Below are positions 1 to 12,862 of a stretch of DNA of 64,000 bases, in pieces. The position numbers were made by a program, and so were the translations under genes. The notes below the pieces were generated by a model. It did no database searches and was not told the DNA's origin. It saw nothing but the letters and a program-made list of their open reading frames with translations. The number at the start of each line of letters is the position of its first letter. Position 1 is the stretch's first letter. The stretch comes from Octopus sinensis. Its lineage: Eukaryota. The stretch spans positions 32,550,001 to 32,614,000 of the forward strand of contig NC_043017.1 in NCBI RefSeq assembly GCF_006345805.1, given 5' to 3'.

Positions 1-115
1 AAGTACTGGGCTTACAAAGAATAAGTCCCGGGGTCGATTTGCTCGACTAAAGGCGGTGCTCCAGCATGGCCGCAGTCAAATGACTGAAACAAGTAAAAGA
101 GTAAAGAGTAAAGAG
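1..115 (+). mobile_element. SINE family A, 3' end (cut by window start)
   Basis: aagtactgggcttacaaagaataag...ggcggtgctccagcatggccgcagtcaaatgactgaaacaagtaaaagagt tail shared with >20 other copies. Confidence 0.9.
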
Positions 116-124
116 CTTATATAG

Positions 125-1345
125 GGCACAAGAGGATTCGGATGTTCTGATGTCCTTCTCCCACTCAGTCTGAGAACTTTGAAGCAACATAGAAAAGCAA
201 ATGATAAGAATGATACAACTGCAACAAAGAACTTCTGAGAAATGTTGAATGTTATGATTGTAGTGGATAACTTAGCTGAGACTTGGGATGAGATGGAAGC
301 CTTATAAATAGCAGTTGGCAATATAAATGGTAAGACAAGGCAGCAAAGTCGCAGAATCATTAACATGACAAACAAAATGTTTAGCAGCATTTCTTCTAGC
401 ATTCTGGGTTCAAATTTTGCCAAGATCAACTTTGCCTTTCATCCATTGGGGTCTATAAGTACCAGTTGTGCACTGGGGTTAATGTAATCAATTTACCCAC
501 CTCTCCCTCAAAATTGCTGGCCTTGTGCCAAAGTGAGAAACTAATATATATATGGCAAGAAAGGTGGCGAGCTGGCAGAAACGTTAGCATGCTGGGCGAA
601 ATGCTTCACGGTATTTCGTCTGCCATTATGTTGTGAGTTCAAATTCCGCTGAGGTTGACTTTGCCTTTCATCCTTTTGGGGTCGATAAATTAAGTACCAG
701 TTACGTACTGAGGTCGATGTAATCGACTTAATCCCTTTGTCTGTCCTTGTTTGTCCCCTCTGTGTTTAGCCCCTTGTGGGTAGTAAAGAAATAGGTATTT
801 TGTCTGCTGCTACGTTCTGAGTTCAAATTCTGCCGAGGTCGACTTTGCCTTTCATCCTTTCGGGGTTGATTAATTAAGTACCAGTTACGTACTGGGGTCG
901 ATGTAATCGACTTTAATCCCTTTGTCTGTCCTTGTTTGTCGCCTTTGTGTTTAGCCCCTTGTGGGTAGTAAAGAAATATATATATGGCAAGATTACAACC
1001 ATGATGTAACAGGGTTTTTTATTTCTTCGATCAGTAAAGAGCCTACATGAAGATCTGGAAGGTATCCTAAGATTGGCAAATGATGTACTAGTTGAAAGAA
1101 TCGTAGATGATTCTGTAGTTGAGTTCTGAGGGTTGACAGGAAAAGTTACAGGCTTTAGAATAAAAGCAGACTGCTGGAAAAGAAGAGAATATAGAAGCTC
1201 CAACCATTGTATTTGAGTCAGCAGCATGACTTAAAATGACAAGCAAAGTTTCTGCGATGACCAGTACAAAGAGATAATGCATCATAAACAACAAACAAAT
1301 CTGGATTCTTTCTTCATCCCTGTAGCAGATGCTGCAGGTCTATTA
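125..1345 (+). pseudogene. Tigger/pogo-like DDE transposase remnant, interrupted by SINE B copies
   Basis: Manual translation gives KNF*EMLNVMIVVDNLAETWDEME (cf. Tigger FWKxFxILDAIKNIxxxWEEV) and later QYKEIMHHKQQTNLDSFFIP (pogo-type C-terminal QTxLDxFF); contains stops and frameshifts. Confidence 0.7.
560..975 (+). mobile_element. SINE family B with tandemly duplicated 3' part
   Basis: aaggtggcgagctggcagaaacgttagc head, gagttcaaattcc B-box-like motif, ttgcctttcatcctttcggggtcgataaattaagtaccag core, gccccttgtgggtagtaaagaaata tail; body occurs twice. Confidence 0.9.
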
Positions 1346-1772
1346 GGCAAAAGATAGAGCTCCTTTCGCTTCCCAGTATCTCACAATGCAACATCTCCCA
1401 TCACACAGCTGTCAATATCATTTATAGGTAGTAGTTACCATTCTCTGATATTACCGTATTTTCTGATTCCTTCCCTGATGTATTTCACTTAAAACGGTTT
1501 CATGCATACACTCTCTGCCGTTTGCGTCTTTCGAAACTGATGCTTCTCTGCATAAAAGATGTTGTATTCATTATTATTGTTTTGTTTTGTTTTTGTAAGT
1601 GTTCCCTCAGAATGCATCGCAATTTATATGGAAATCACTTGCATTAAGGGATTTTTGCATTATGGCAAGATTTTCAATAATGCATAATTCTGTTAGTGTG
1701 GAAGATGCTTCTCTATATGTTTATATTTGTGTGTGCATGTGTGTGTATGAAGCCCTTTCTCTCACTATACAC

Positions 1773-1817
<45 letters not shown>

Positions 1818-2141
1818 TACACATACATAATACATGTATATGTACATGTATATTATACACACACATGTGCACTCACGCACACACACACCTACACACATAC
1901 ATGTGCACACACAGTACCTGGGAACGAAATTTGCTTAGTGGGTGCAAACCCAGGCCCAAATTTTTTTATGGAGAAATTAGATTTTCTCAATGTTAATATT
2001 AATATAAATGCAGGTATAATAATAATTTTTACTATCATGAGTGCCGGCTGAAATGTGCGTGGGCTGAGGAAGACACTCTCATGGAATGGGACCAAATGAA
2101 GTTCATTTTTTAACATAGCTCTTCTTACTGTTCACACTGTC

Positions 2142-2333
2142 CCCCAACATTGCTTAACAACCGATGCTGGTGTGTTTACGTCCCCTTCACTTAGCAGTTT
2201 GGCAAAAAGAGACCAATAGAATAAGTACTGGGCTTACAAAGAATAAGTCCCGGGGTCGATGTGTTTGACTAAAGGTGGTGCTCCAGCATGGCTGCAGTCA
2301 AATGACTGAAACAAGTAAAAGAGTAAAAGAGTA
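2142..2333 (+). mobile_element. SINE family A, 3' half
   Basis: Matches family A from ...aacattgcttaacaaccgatgctgg to the aaaagagt tail. Confidence 0.85.
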
Positions 2334-2816
2334 TTCCAAATACATTCCCAACCACTTTGATACCAAACGAAGTGAAAGCTTTGCCATATTGTTTCAGCTG
2401 CCATTTGACAATAACCTTTGTTGTTGCTCCTAGTGACGCATCATTTGGAAGCCCCAGAAAGAATTCCTTAATCTTCTTATAGCTTATTTCTACCTGTTTC
2501 AGTGCTGTTGCTCTAATGCACTAACGAGTTGGATTCATGGCTTGCAACATAACCTTCTCAAGATAAAGAATTGTCCGTTGTGCTTTTCTGTTTGGTATCT
2601 CTTTCAGAAGAGCAGCATACTGGTGAACAAAATTCAGTGCATCAGCTACAATGGCAACCGTACAGCCAACGTCTTGGAGGACAAGGTCCAGAGAATGGTT
2701 TCTACAATGCACAAAATATGTAAAAGGAAACATGTCTTTTGACCTTTTAATGCCTGAAATATTTCCACTCGAGTTTCTTGCAGAAACAAATGAAAAACGG
2801 TATAATTTTGAGTCAA

Positions 2817-3048
2817 AGGCGATGAGCTGGCAGAGTTGTTAGCGCGCCGGGTCAAATGCTTAGCGGTATTTCGTCTGTCGTTACGTTGTGAGTTCAAATT
2901 CCGCCGAGGACGACTTTGACTTTCATCCTTTCGGGATCGAGTAAATAAGTACCAGTTACGCGCTGGGGTCGATATAATCGACTTAATACCTATGTCTGAC
3001 CTTGTTTGTCCCCTGTATGTTTAACCCCTTGTGGGTAATAAAGAAATA
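2817..3048 (+). mobile_element. SINE family B with 18-bp target-site duplication
   Basis: Full-length copy flanked by ggtataattttgagtcaa at 2799-2816 and 3049-3066. Confidence 0.95.
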
Positions 3049-3464
3049 GGTATAATTTTGAGTCAAGTGAAATGTTTAAGTGGCAAAAAATTGTCCAGAA
3101 TAACCTTAGTGTCTCCAAAGAGCAGTCAGGAGAATTATAAAAATTGACAAAATCCTTGTAGGTATCCAAGTCTTCAGAAACATAATGGACAATGATTGAT
3201 TCTTGTCCCATGCGAGAGCAAACAGTGGTGCCATCACGTTCAATACCAATAAATATGGAATCTTTAATATTTTTTTTCTGATCTCATGCAAAATGGTATG
3301 AGCATATTCCTGTAGGATTTAATTTTGTATGGAATCAAATAGGTAATTACCTTGATGTTTAACCCACTGACTTACTTCTGCACTACATTCTTTGGCAAGT
3401 TCTTTTATAAGATATACAAAGTTTCCTGTGTCATGACGACAAGCGGACATTAAATAATGATGAT

Positions 3465-3850
3465 TACACTCTCGGAGTGGTTGGCGTTAGCACGTCGGGC
3501 GAAATGCTTAGCGGTATTTCGTCTGCCGTTACGTTGTGAGTTCAAATTCCGCCGAGGTCGACATTACCTTTCGTCCTTTCGGGGTCGATAAATTAAGTAC
3601 CAGTTACGCACTGGGGTCGATGTAATCGACTTAATACCTATGTCTGTCCTTGTTTGTCCCTTCTATGTTTAGCCCCTTGTGGGTAATAAAGAAATGGGAA
3701 ATGGGTTGGCGTTAGGAAGGGCATCCAGCTGTAGAAACTCTGCCAGATCAGACTGGAGCCTGGTTCGCCAGACCTCAGTCAAATCGTCCAACCCATGCTA
3801 GCATGTAAAGCGGACGTTAAATGATGATGATGATGATGATGATGACGATG
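3465..3850 (+). mobile_element. SINE family D fragment with a SINE B (3478-3694) nested inside
   Basis: cactctcggagtggttggcgttag...[family B]...gggttggcgttaggaagggcatccagctgtagaaac...cccatgctagcatg...(gat)n tail. Confidence 0.85.
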
Positions 3851-4313
3851 CTCATGCCCTCGTAATGTTAGGCCTTGCTTACCGCAGAATCTGACCCCCT
3901 TGAAAATAGTGTTTAATGCTTGCTAGGCTACTTCTTGTGACTAAATTGGCTATTTATTCAGAGTCACGGATATGTCTGTCTTTGGCCCAAAGTACTGTTT
4001 TCGTGTGCTGACCTGAACAGCTATGTGCAGGAATTTTTCATGTGATGTTGTCCCAATTTCATACGCAAGTCAAGAAGACAGTTTCCTCAGGCATTGTAAT
4101 CTGTTATGCTGAATTCCTTTGACATAAAAACAGATAACAGCATCATGCTGAGTATCATAATGAAGCCACTGGGCTTTCTTGAACCGGACTGGCAGTAGGG
4201 GCATTTCTTTGCATCTTTGGGAAAGACGTACGTCTTTCTAAGCACAAATTGTTTTTGTGATGTGTGAACATTCAAAGACACTTCTTGAAATGCTGGAAGT
4301 GCTTTATCATTAA

Positions 4314-4710
4314 CTAGCAGTATCACCCGGCGTTGCTCGGGTTTGTAAGGGAAATAACTATATAACCATTTTTAGAGATGTAAAGTAAAATAGCCATCTC
4401 AATATGTCTAACCACAAAGGAGGGGGGTGTTACTGTAGCTTTTTACGTTCCGAGATTTAATAATAAATTTTTAGAGAGTTACTTCCCTTATATATGCCAA
4501 AAATGCATTAAAAATGGGAAAAATTGATGGTAAATTTTTTTTTAAATCGTAGACTCATCGTAGACGCGCGCTAATACCCAGAAGGGCTCGATATGAATCA
4601 CGACTATAAGATACCCGGTTTTGGTTAAACTGCACCGCAAAATGTGGAGTAGTTAGGAATCTAAATCGTAGGAGACAGACAGCACACAACCCCTCTTTTA
4701 TATATAAAGA
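4314..4710 (-). mobile_element. Non-autonomous Helitron
   Basis: Minus strand starts 5'-TC, ends with hairpin acccgagcaacgccgggt then CTAG-3'; inserted between A and T with no TSD, inside the hAT ORF. Confidence 0.85.
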
Positions 4711-5076
4711 TTTTTCACTGAATTACATCTCTGCAATCTTCGAAGGTCCTGCATTCTCTTGACATGATGCAGTACTGAAGAAATCTGAAATTTTCCTCAC
4801 TTTTGTTTCTAGTTGATTTGACATAATACACAGAGCTGATAATAAAGAAAAAAAAATGTCAGAGTGCAAGCAGATCGACAATTTCGTATTAGAAAAATAG
4901 GGTTTCTCTTAATTATATTTGATTAATTAATTAAATTCTTATCTGTTCAACATAGTTGTCAGATAGAAAAATTGAATATTTTTTTCCTTTAACAACTTTA
5001 AAATTCACATCACTTCGTAGAAAACTAAAAACATTATGATATACATTATTTATTTGAATTAAATGAGAAACGTATT

Positions 5077-5474
5077 CTCTTTACTCTTTTACTCTTTTAC
5101 TTGTTTCAGTCATTTGACTGCGGCCATGCTGGAGCAGCGACTTTAGTCGAGCAACTCGACACCAGGACTTATTCTTTTGTAAGCCCAGTACTTATTCTAT
5201 CGGTCTCTTTTGCCGAACCGCTAAGTAACGAGGACATAAACACACCAGCATCGGTTGTCAAGCAATGCTAGGGGGACAAACACAGACACACAAACACACA
5301 CATGCATATATATATATATATATATATACATATATACGACGGGCTTCTTCCAGTTTCCGTCTACCAAATCCACTCACAAGGCTTTGGTCGGCCCGAGGCT
5401 ATAGCAGAAGACACTTGCCCAAGGTGCCACGCAGTGGGACTGAACCCGGAACCATGTGGTTGGTAAGCAAGCTA
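5077..5474 (-). mobile_element. SINE family A
   Basis: Near full-length family A copy with internal (TA)n/(CA)n. Confidence 0.92.
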
Positions 5475-5579
5475 CAATAATGTGAAATATATTTTGTATA
5501 TTAAAATACTTAATTTCAAAAATATATCAGGTGAAGCAAATATAAGCAGTAAAAACACAAATTGCAAGTATTTCAAAAT

Positions 5580-6368
5580 GTGGGACATAGATAAAAAATA
5601 GCAGGGGCTGCGCATTAATAGGGTTCATGCCCACATGTCAAAGGTCATGCTTGTAGTTCCCCCTGTGTCATCGCTCCATGAGCACAGGGTAATTAAAGAA
5701 AATTTGTGCTGAAGTGGGTGGGGGCATCATGACCGTAGGCGATTATTGTGGGTGGGAAGAAGTTGTAAGCAAAAAACTATGTTTAATCCAGTAAATTGCA
5801 AATTTAATGCGAATAAACTTGACAAAACAGTCATTTAAGCATGGGTAATATTCTTGCCAAATTTGGATCGAATTGGTTTTGGAACTGCAGAAGTTATTGG
5901 CAAAAAAACAAATTTTATGCAGTTATTCACAGAGTTTTCCCATTCAACACAGACTGACATGACAAAAACAGAAGTTTAAAACGATTCTTAAAGCATGAGT
6001 AATGTTTGTGCCAAATTTGGAGCAAATCGGTTGGAAACCGTGGAAGTTATTGGCAAGAAAGCAATTTTTACACAGATTTTTCACAATTAACGCACAGGAC
6101 CTTGACAAAAATTTTAAGTAAAACAATTCTTATGTCATGAGAAATGTTCACGTCAAATTTGGAGGGAATCACTCAAAAAGCCAGGGAGTTATGAGCAAAA
6201 AACTGGTTTTCTGAACAGTTATTCACAATTTTTGGTTAGACATGGGTGATCTGGAAAATATATAGTAGGCCATGACCACCTTTGAGCATAAGCTATCAGT
6301 GTGTCAAGTTTGCGCAAAATCGGTTGAAAAATGTGGAAAGCCATAACATGCATACACACACTCATCTG

Positions 6369-6400
<32 letters not shown>
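5580..6400 (-). mobile_element. Probable non-autonomous Helitron/Helentron-like element with internal ~150-bp degenerate repeats
   Basis: ccaaatttgg..aatcggtt...gaagttattggcaa motif recurs near 5857, 6011, 6153, 6304; right end (cacacac...ttatatatat) resembles the Helitron end at 4680-4710; the CTAG terminus is not seen. Confidence 0.45.
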
Positions 6401-6405
<5 letters not shown>

Positions 6406-6651
6406 ATAATAATTTGAGTGAATATTATTCCTAACTTACAGGGAAAAATTCAATTTAGAAATACTAAATCAAATTTCACAAAATATAATATATACATAAA
6501 AATTAGAAAAAAACACCTTTTATCAATTCAAAATGAACAATTAAATTACACCATCTAGAAAATTACATATAATAGAAGTATTAAAATTAAAATAACAATA
6601 ATATACTGATGATTAAGTAAATTGCAAAATAATAATAAAACGTATATATTT

Positions 6652-6684
<33 letters not shown>

Positions 6685-7076
6685 CAAACACACACACACA
6701 TGCCTATATATATATATATATAAATGCTCACACACACACATATACAATAAGTCTCTAATCATCTTTATTACTGACACATTCAAACAGTTCTTTCATTTAA
6801 GTATTTAAAAAAAATATTTTTGGCATTTTTATGAAAGATTCTTTTTGCTTTCTTCAATCTCTTACAACTTTCTTTGATGCAGTAAACTCTGCCTCAGCAT
6901 CCCTATTACTATTGATATGTGCAATAAAATAATGTCTGCAGATTCTATTAAATTTTGAAAATGGAATGTATTTTAATAAGCACCTACTTTAGAATTATTT
7001 AAAGTGTGTATACATTTTTTGGGGACACCTTATATCTATCTATCTATCTATCTATATATATATATATATATATATA

Positions 7077-7230
7077 AAATATTATTAGAGACAAAACCAC
7101 TATTTTGCAAAACAAACAAGGAAAGACTTAATCAATACATAAAATTTTAATAAATAGTCAAAAAAACTGCCACTACAATCGTTTCTTGTCTTGATCGACA
7201 ATCTTCAGGTGGACTTCCAATAATTCAATA
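7077..7230 (-). mobile_element. Penelope-type terminal-repeat fragment carrying a hammerhead motif
   Basis: Same sequence as the arms of the 58677-58991 palindrome; lies next to (TA)n. Confidence 0.7.
7170..7212 (-). ncRNA. Type I hammerhead ribozyme motif (minimal)
   Basis: ccac CTGAAGA ttgtc-gatcaa-gacaa GAAA c-gatt-g TA gtgg: stems I, II and III pair; GUA cleavage triplet. Confidence 0.75.
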
Positions 7231-7550
7231 TAATATATAATATATAATATAATTCAATAATATATACATATATCAAAATGTAGGATAAAATTTTTTGCAA
7301 AAAAATTTTATCAATGGCCAGCATATTAAAAGATACCTTTAAAGGTTAAAATTATAAACAATTCATAAATAAGGGCAAATGAAAAAATTTCTAATGCCAA
7401 ATATGCCGAAAATTTGGACATATTGTCCATTAACCATATAATTTTTTCACAATACGCACGCTACTCGAAAAAAGTTGGACAAAAATTTCAAAAAAATTCC
7501 ATTATTAACATATCGGACCGATTTCAGGGTTTGCCCTTATTTATGAATTG

Positions 7551-7583
<33 letters not shown>

Positions 7584-8097
7584 TATATATATATTTAAAT
7601 TTTAAATAGCTTTCACGAAACCATGGTATGCTTTGCTTTCTGACTTTTTAATCATCTCATAATAATGACTTTTATTACTCTTATTACTACATCAGTTCAT
7701 CTAATTGTATATATCTGCCGTTACCTTTCATAAAAAGCCTTTTTTTTTATTTACAATGTGCATTTTCATTGATTTTTCTTATTTTCCCCTTACATTTCCA
7801 CGTGTATTTTATATTTTCCTTTTGTAACATATTTCTACTAAATATATATATATATACAAAGTAAGATAGGGGTTGTGGGTGTAACCCACTATGGGATAGT
7901 ATTTATCCAATATACTGTTGGTATAGATGTATAATATTGAAGTTCTCATTTTTGTTAAATGAATAAATAATCCAGCATTCTATTATACGAAAGTTGATGA
8001 ACAAACTAAATTTGTTTCTCCATTTTCTTATTTGCATTATATATAGAGAGAGGGGGAAAAGGAAGGAGAGGAGAAGAGGAGGGGGATAGGTTAGGGT

Positions 8098-8513
8098 TAG
8101 GCGCAGGAGTGGCTGTGTGGTAAGTAGCTTGCTTACCAACCACATGGTTCCAGGTTCAGTCCCACTGCGTGGCATCTTGGGCAAGTATCTTCTGCTATAG
8201 CCCCGGGCCGACCAATGCCTTGTGAGTGGATTTGGTAGACGGAAACTGGAAGAAGCCTGTCGTATATATGTATATATATATATATGTATGTGTGTGTATA
8301 TGTTTGTGTGTCTGTGTTTGTCCCCCTAGCATTGCTTGACAACCGATGCTGGTGTGTTTACGTCCCTGTCACTTAGCGGTTCGGCAAAAGAGATCGATAG
8401 AATAAGTACTGGGCTTACAAAGAATAAGTCCCGGGGTCGATTTGCTCAACTAAAGGCGGTGCTCCAGCATGGCCGCAGTCAAATGACTGAAACAAGTAAA
8501 AGAGTAAAAGAGT
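8098..8513 (+). mobile_element. SINE family A, full length
   Basis: tRNA-like head (tggctgtgtggtaag; ggttcagtccc), CORE-like ggcatcttgggcaagt, (TA)n(TG)n middle, aaaagagt tail. Confidence 0.95.
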
Positions 8514-8739
8514 ATATATGGTTTCGCAGATTCTGTGGCATACCTACTCCCCTGGATGGGACACCAGTCTATCACAGGCTTACTAAATTTTGTCATCTGA
8601 GTGAACAGGAGCAACATGTAATGAATTGTATTTCTGAAGAGCACAATGCATTGCCTCATCTGGGAATTAAACTCACAATTTCAAAATTAAAGTGGTACAC
8701 TTTAACCACTAAGCCACGCACCTCCATATAACCATGTGT

Positions 8740-8841
8740 ATAAATAACACACACACACACACACACACATATATAATATATATATATATATCGCACATAC
8801 ACACACACACACATGTATATATATATATATATATCGCACAT

Positions 8842-8875
<34 letters not shown>

Positions 8876-8882
8876 CGCACAT

Positions 8883-8934
<52 letters not shown>

Positions 8935-8939
8935 CACAT

Positions 8940-8975
<36 letters not shown>

Positions 8976-8982
8976 CGCACAT

Positions 8983-9022
<40 letters not shown>

Positions 9023-9052
9023 CGCACATACACACACACACACATGTATATA
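8740..9052. repeat. Compound microsatellite array: (TA)n-tcgcacata-(CA)n, about 6 units
   Basis: Higher-order unit marked by recurring tcgcacatacacac. Confidence 0.9.
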
Positions 9053-9919
9053 TGATAAAGGCAAATCTGTGTTTATATCAAATAAAAGATTTTCAGATAT
9101 GTATGATGTATCTCCGAAGCTTTGTTGATTGTTAAATGATGAAATGAAAAGAGTTTGTGTAGCCCCTACAAATTCCATGTAAAAGAAAGAAAGAAAAAAA
9201 GTCACAACTTGCAATCAAAATACTTATCCTATTCACTAGAAAGGTTTGCCATTGTATTGCAAAATCCATTCATATTTATTATTTGTTAAAGCTTTTCCTA
9301 TTATAGTCTCTTCAAAGGAAAACCCAATTATATTCTCAGAAACATATTAACAAAACAGTCATACAAAAATATAAAAACACTGAACTACTGATGTATGTGT
9401 TTGTCTACAAGCCAGCATATCAATGTATGTATATGTGTGTGTGTGTATATATATATATAATTTGTAATTTATATATATATACATACATATATATATATAT
9501 ACATATATATACATATATATATATATACATATATATATACATATATATATATATACACATATATATATATATATACATATATACACACACACACATATAT
9601 ATATATACATATGCATATACATCCACACATGAGCATTAACACACACACATACACGCATATATGTGTGTATGCGTCTATGTGTATTCATATGCATATAGAT
9701 TTATAGTTTTATTTACATGTTTATTTATAGTCGTAGGCTTGGCATAGTTGCAGGCATAGATGTGCAGTTAAGAAACTTGCTTCCAAACCATGTGTCTTCA
9801 GGTTCAGTCCCACTCTGTGCAGCATTGGGCAAATGACATTTGCTATAACCCTAGGTCAACAGATAACTTCTGAAAGGATTCGTTAGAGAGAAACTGAGAC
9901 AAGCTTGTCGTGTGTATAT

Positions 9920-10145
9920 ATCATCATCATCATCATCATCATCACAATCATTTAATGTCCACTTTCGATGCTGGCATGAGTTGGAGGTTTGACTAAAGAC
10001 TGGCAAGCGAGGAGGCTGCATCAGGGTCCAATCTGATCTGGCAACATTTCAGCTGGATGCCGTTCCTAACACCAACCACTCCAAGAGTGTAGTGGGTGCT
10101 TTTTACCTGCCACTGGCACAGGGGCCATTCAGATAGCACTGACAT
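9920..10145 (-). mobile_element. SINE family D, decayed
   Basis: (atc)n tail, ctggatgccgttcctaacaccaaccactccaagagtgtagtgggtgc. Confidence 0.8.
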
Positions 10146-10734
10146 CTATACACACACACACACATATATACCAGGAGGTGATGAAGAGCAATGATTTGGC
10201 CACATCTGCTGACCCATCAATGGGAGAGTGTTATGGTTGAAGTTTGAAACACCTGATGACCATTGGATACAGTCTGACGATACCAGTTCCTCCTGACCAA
10301 AGCTGCATTCACTTTGGCAAGTGCAAAAGAAACAGGTTCTTCTGTGGACAATGACCCTCAGTGAGGAAACGACAAGGGACACAGGAGATGTGATAATTTG
10401 CAGTTCTTGATAAGACATGTCAAGCTAAATAAAATCATTGTCTTCCACATATATGGGCTTGTCCTTTCAGGTGCCAGTGCCACTTACAAAGCACCCATGC
10501 TGGTACTGCGTTAACGCACCCAATGGTAAATCAACCTGAGCACTTGTGTGTGTGTGTGTGTGTGTGTGTGGACGCATCTGTGCCTGTGTGTATTTATATA
10601 TTAAGTCGAGGAATAATTCCTGAGCATTTTTTTTTTTCAAATTTAAAAATGTATGCAGAAATAAAATCCATTGGCAAAATGTTTTTATGTTATTTAAAAT
10701 AGAATACTTTGTTCTACAAGATTTTGATCAGCAC

Positions 10735-11409
10735 ATGGTCACAAACAATGTGTTCTTTACTGCATCGTCACTGGTGATGAACAATTGCGCTTTCACATCA
10801 ATATGAAACAGTAAAAAGGAGGGCTCAGCCCCAACTAACAAGGGATTCCATGAGCAAAACAAGACCTTCATCCTTGAAAGACTATGTTGTGTGTATGGTG
10901 GGACTGGGAAGGCATAATTAATTACGAACTGCTTGAGTGCAACCAAGTACTCAATGTAGGACTCTACATTCAACAACTGCACTGACTCAATGAAGCGATT
11001 CAGCAAAATGGACCGTATATATGAAATGGCCATTCTTCTGCAACACAACGTCTGTCCTCACATCGTCAATATGACCAAAGCTGTGATTCAAGAACTCAAA
11101 TGAGAAGTGCCGCCTCATCCTTCACACACTCCACACTTGGTGATGTCAGATTTTCATTTCTTTTGACCGCTCTCAAATGCTTTGCACAGTGTATTGTTCA
11201 ATAATGATGTAGAATTGAGAGCTTCGTTGGACGAATTCTTTGATTCAAGACTGGGAGATTTCCATTGCCAAGGCATCAAAAAACTTATTCAACGGTGAGA
11301 GGAAGTTGTAAACAACAAAGGAGGGTATTATTATTGATTAAATTATTGCAGTTTTTGTTTAAAATAAATTTGAAAAAAAAACACTCATGAATTATTCTGC
11401 AACCTAATA
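10735..11409 (+). pseudogene. Mariner transposase, catalytic half, with right TIR
   Basis: IVTGDEQ, LHP*KTMLCVWWDWEGII, ILLQHNVCPH, EVPPHPSHTPHLVMSDFHFF, GIKKLIQR*EEVV (cf. mariner TGDEKW, HDNARPH, HPPYSPDLAPSDFHLF); ends tgcaacctaata followed by TA. Confidence 0.92.
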
Positions 11410-11480
11410 TATATAATTTAATATATAATATATATATATATATATATTTAAAAAAAGGAGATGTGGAACACGAGTTGTGA

Positions 11481-11674
11481 TATATAAAAAAGGAAATGAA
11501 GAAAATGCTGACAAAATAATTTAAGTAATTTAAGTAATTTTATTAGGTGAAAGTTCTTTCTTTATCTCTCTTAAAAAAACATCTTTTGATAAGCATAACA
11601 AATGCGCAACTGGTAAAAAGAACTTTCACCTAATTAAATTACTTAAATTATCTTGTCAGCATTTTCTTCATTTC

Positions 11675-11682
<8 letters not shown>
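11481..11682. mobile_element. Foldback/MITE-like inverted repeat within (TA)n
   Basis: ~75-bp arms aaggaaatgaagaaaatgctgacaa...aggtgaaagttcttt and aaagaactttcaccta...ttgtcagcattttcttcatttcctt. Confidence 0.75.
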
Positions 11683-11717
<35 letters not shown>

Positions 11718-12862
11718 TATACTCTCTTATTCTTTTATTTGTTTCAGTCATTTAACTGCGGTCATGCTGCAGCACTGCTTTCAATGGACTTTTGTCAAAG
11801 ATATCGTAATGGATGATATTAATTAGTAAACAATAATACGAGAAGACGATAGTCGATACACAGTTGGATGGAATGTCATCTGTTAGGAAAGGATTAGTTC
11901 TTCATTGATAGCCATTATGTTAAGATGAAAGAACAGTGGTTGAAGTTGTGAAGAAAATATTTATTTTTACCTGTTATATTATACAATACTTTGCCTCGAT
12001 GGGCAGGTGATAAAATCGTAAAGCATGCGAAATAAAGATAGGTGTAGATTTTCCTTGCATAGTTTGTGTTTGTGTTCTAGTGGTCGGTTCACGAACTGAT
12101 GTTAGCTCTCTCTCAACTCAAGAGTTGTCACCAAAGTGACACCAAAGTGACGCGCACATGGGTATCCATGGGTGTATGTATCCATGCGTGTACGTATGTA
12201 CATAATGACCACTTAATACGTTACGAAGAACTAGATAAGCGGCTCAACAACTCTAATTTACAATACACTAGGTCCCCAGACGCCCCAGTTGATTTATGAC
12301 ACCCAAGGCTTCTACAACCAGAATTTGTCATTTTCCTGACCACCATGTTTGGTCCCCCTTATCCTTATATTCTTTTACATTTCTACACTCTTATACCCTT
12401 TATACTTCTGATAATTTTTTTATTTTCTTTATTTTTTTATTTTTTAATTTTTTAATTTTTTTTATAACTTTATACCTTTATATTCATTTATATTTTTTTA
12501 TATTTTTTTAATATCTTTTTATATCTCTTTATACTCTACATTTTTATATTTTTCTATACTTACACTTTTTACATATATTTTTTATCCTTCGTCCTGAATT
12601 CTCGCCCCTCCACCTTTATCCCTATTTGCTCTTATTACCAGGTTCCTTCACGTCTGTCTGTATTTATATATGTATATATTTATTTATTCATTTATTTATA
12701 TTACCTCAACATCCAAACTCCCTCATTCTACATTGAGAGAAGGACGAGATGGACGCTTCATTTTTATGCTGTTGCCGCATTATGTCATACGCGAATGAGA
12801 GGATTTGCATCCCCAACGTAGAATTTTTGATGTAATACATGTCCTTGAGGTAGTAGTTGTGC

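Larger units (their letters stand above)
2335..4824 (-). pseudogene. hAT transposase (TTF zinc finger / DUF4371, ZMYM1-like) fossil, split by SINE and Helitron insertions
   Basis: Minus-strand translation in order: MSNQLETKVRKISDFFS; FKKAQWLHYDTQHDAVICFY (TTF finger); VRFCGKQGLTLRGHE; GNFVYLIKEL...SIQN*ILQ; IERDGTT...QESIIVHYV; FVHCRNHSLDLVLQD; NPTR*CIRATAL; several stops and frameshifts. Confidence 0.88.

Noticed and set aside
8133-8731. Recurring ORFs such as MSSNARGTNTD..., MLGGQTQTH..., [15 protein letters not shown]... here and at many other positions
   Set aside because: They are chance reading frames of SINE family A copies, not genes
8656-9694. Long YI/VC/HT-repeat ORFs (also at 1599-2051, 36164-36682, 45424-45898)
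   Set aside because: Translations of (TA)n/(CA)n microsatellites, which lack stop codons
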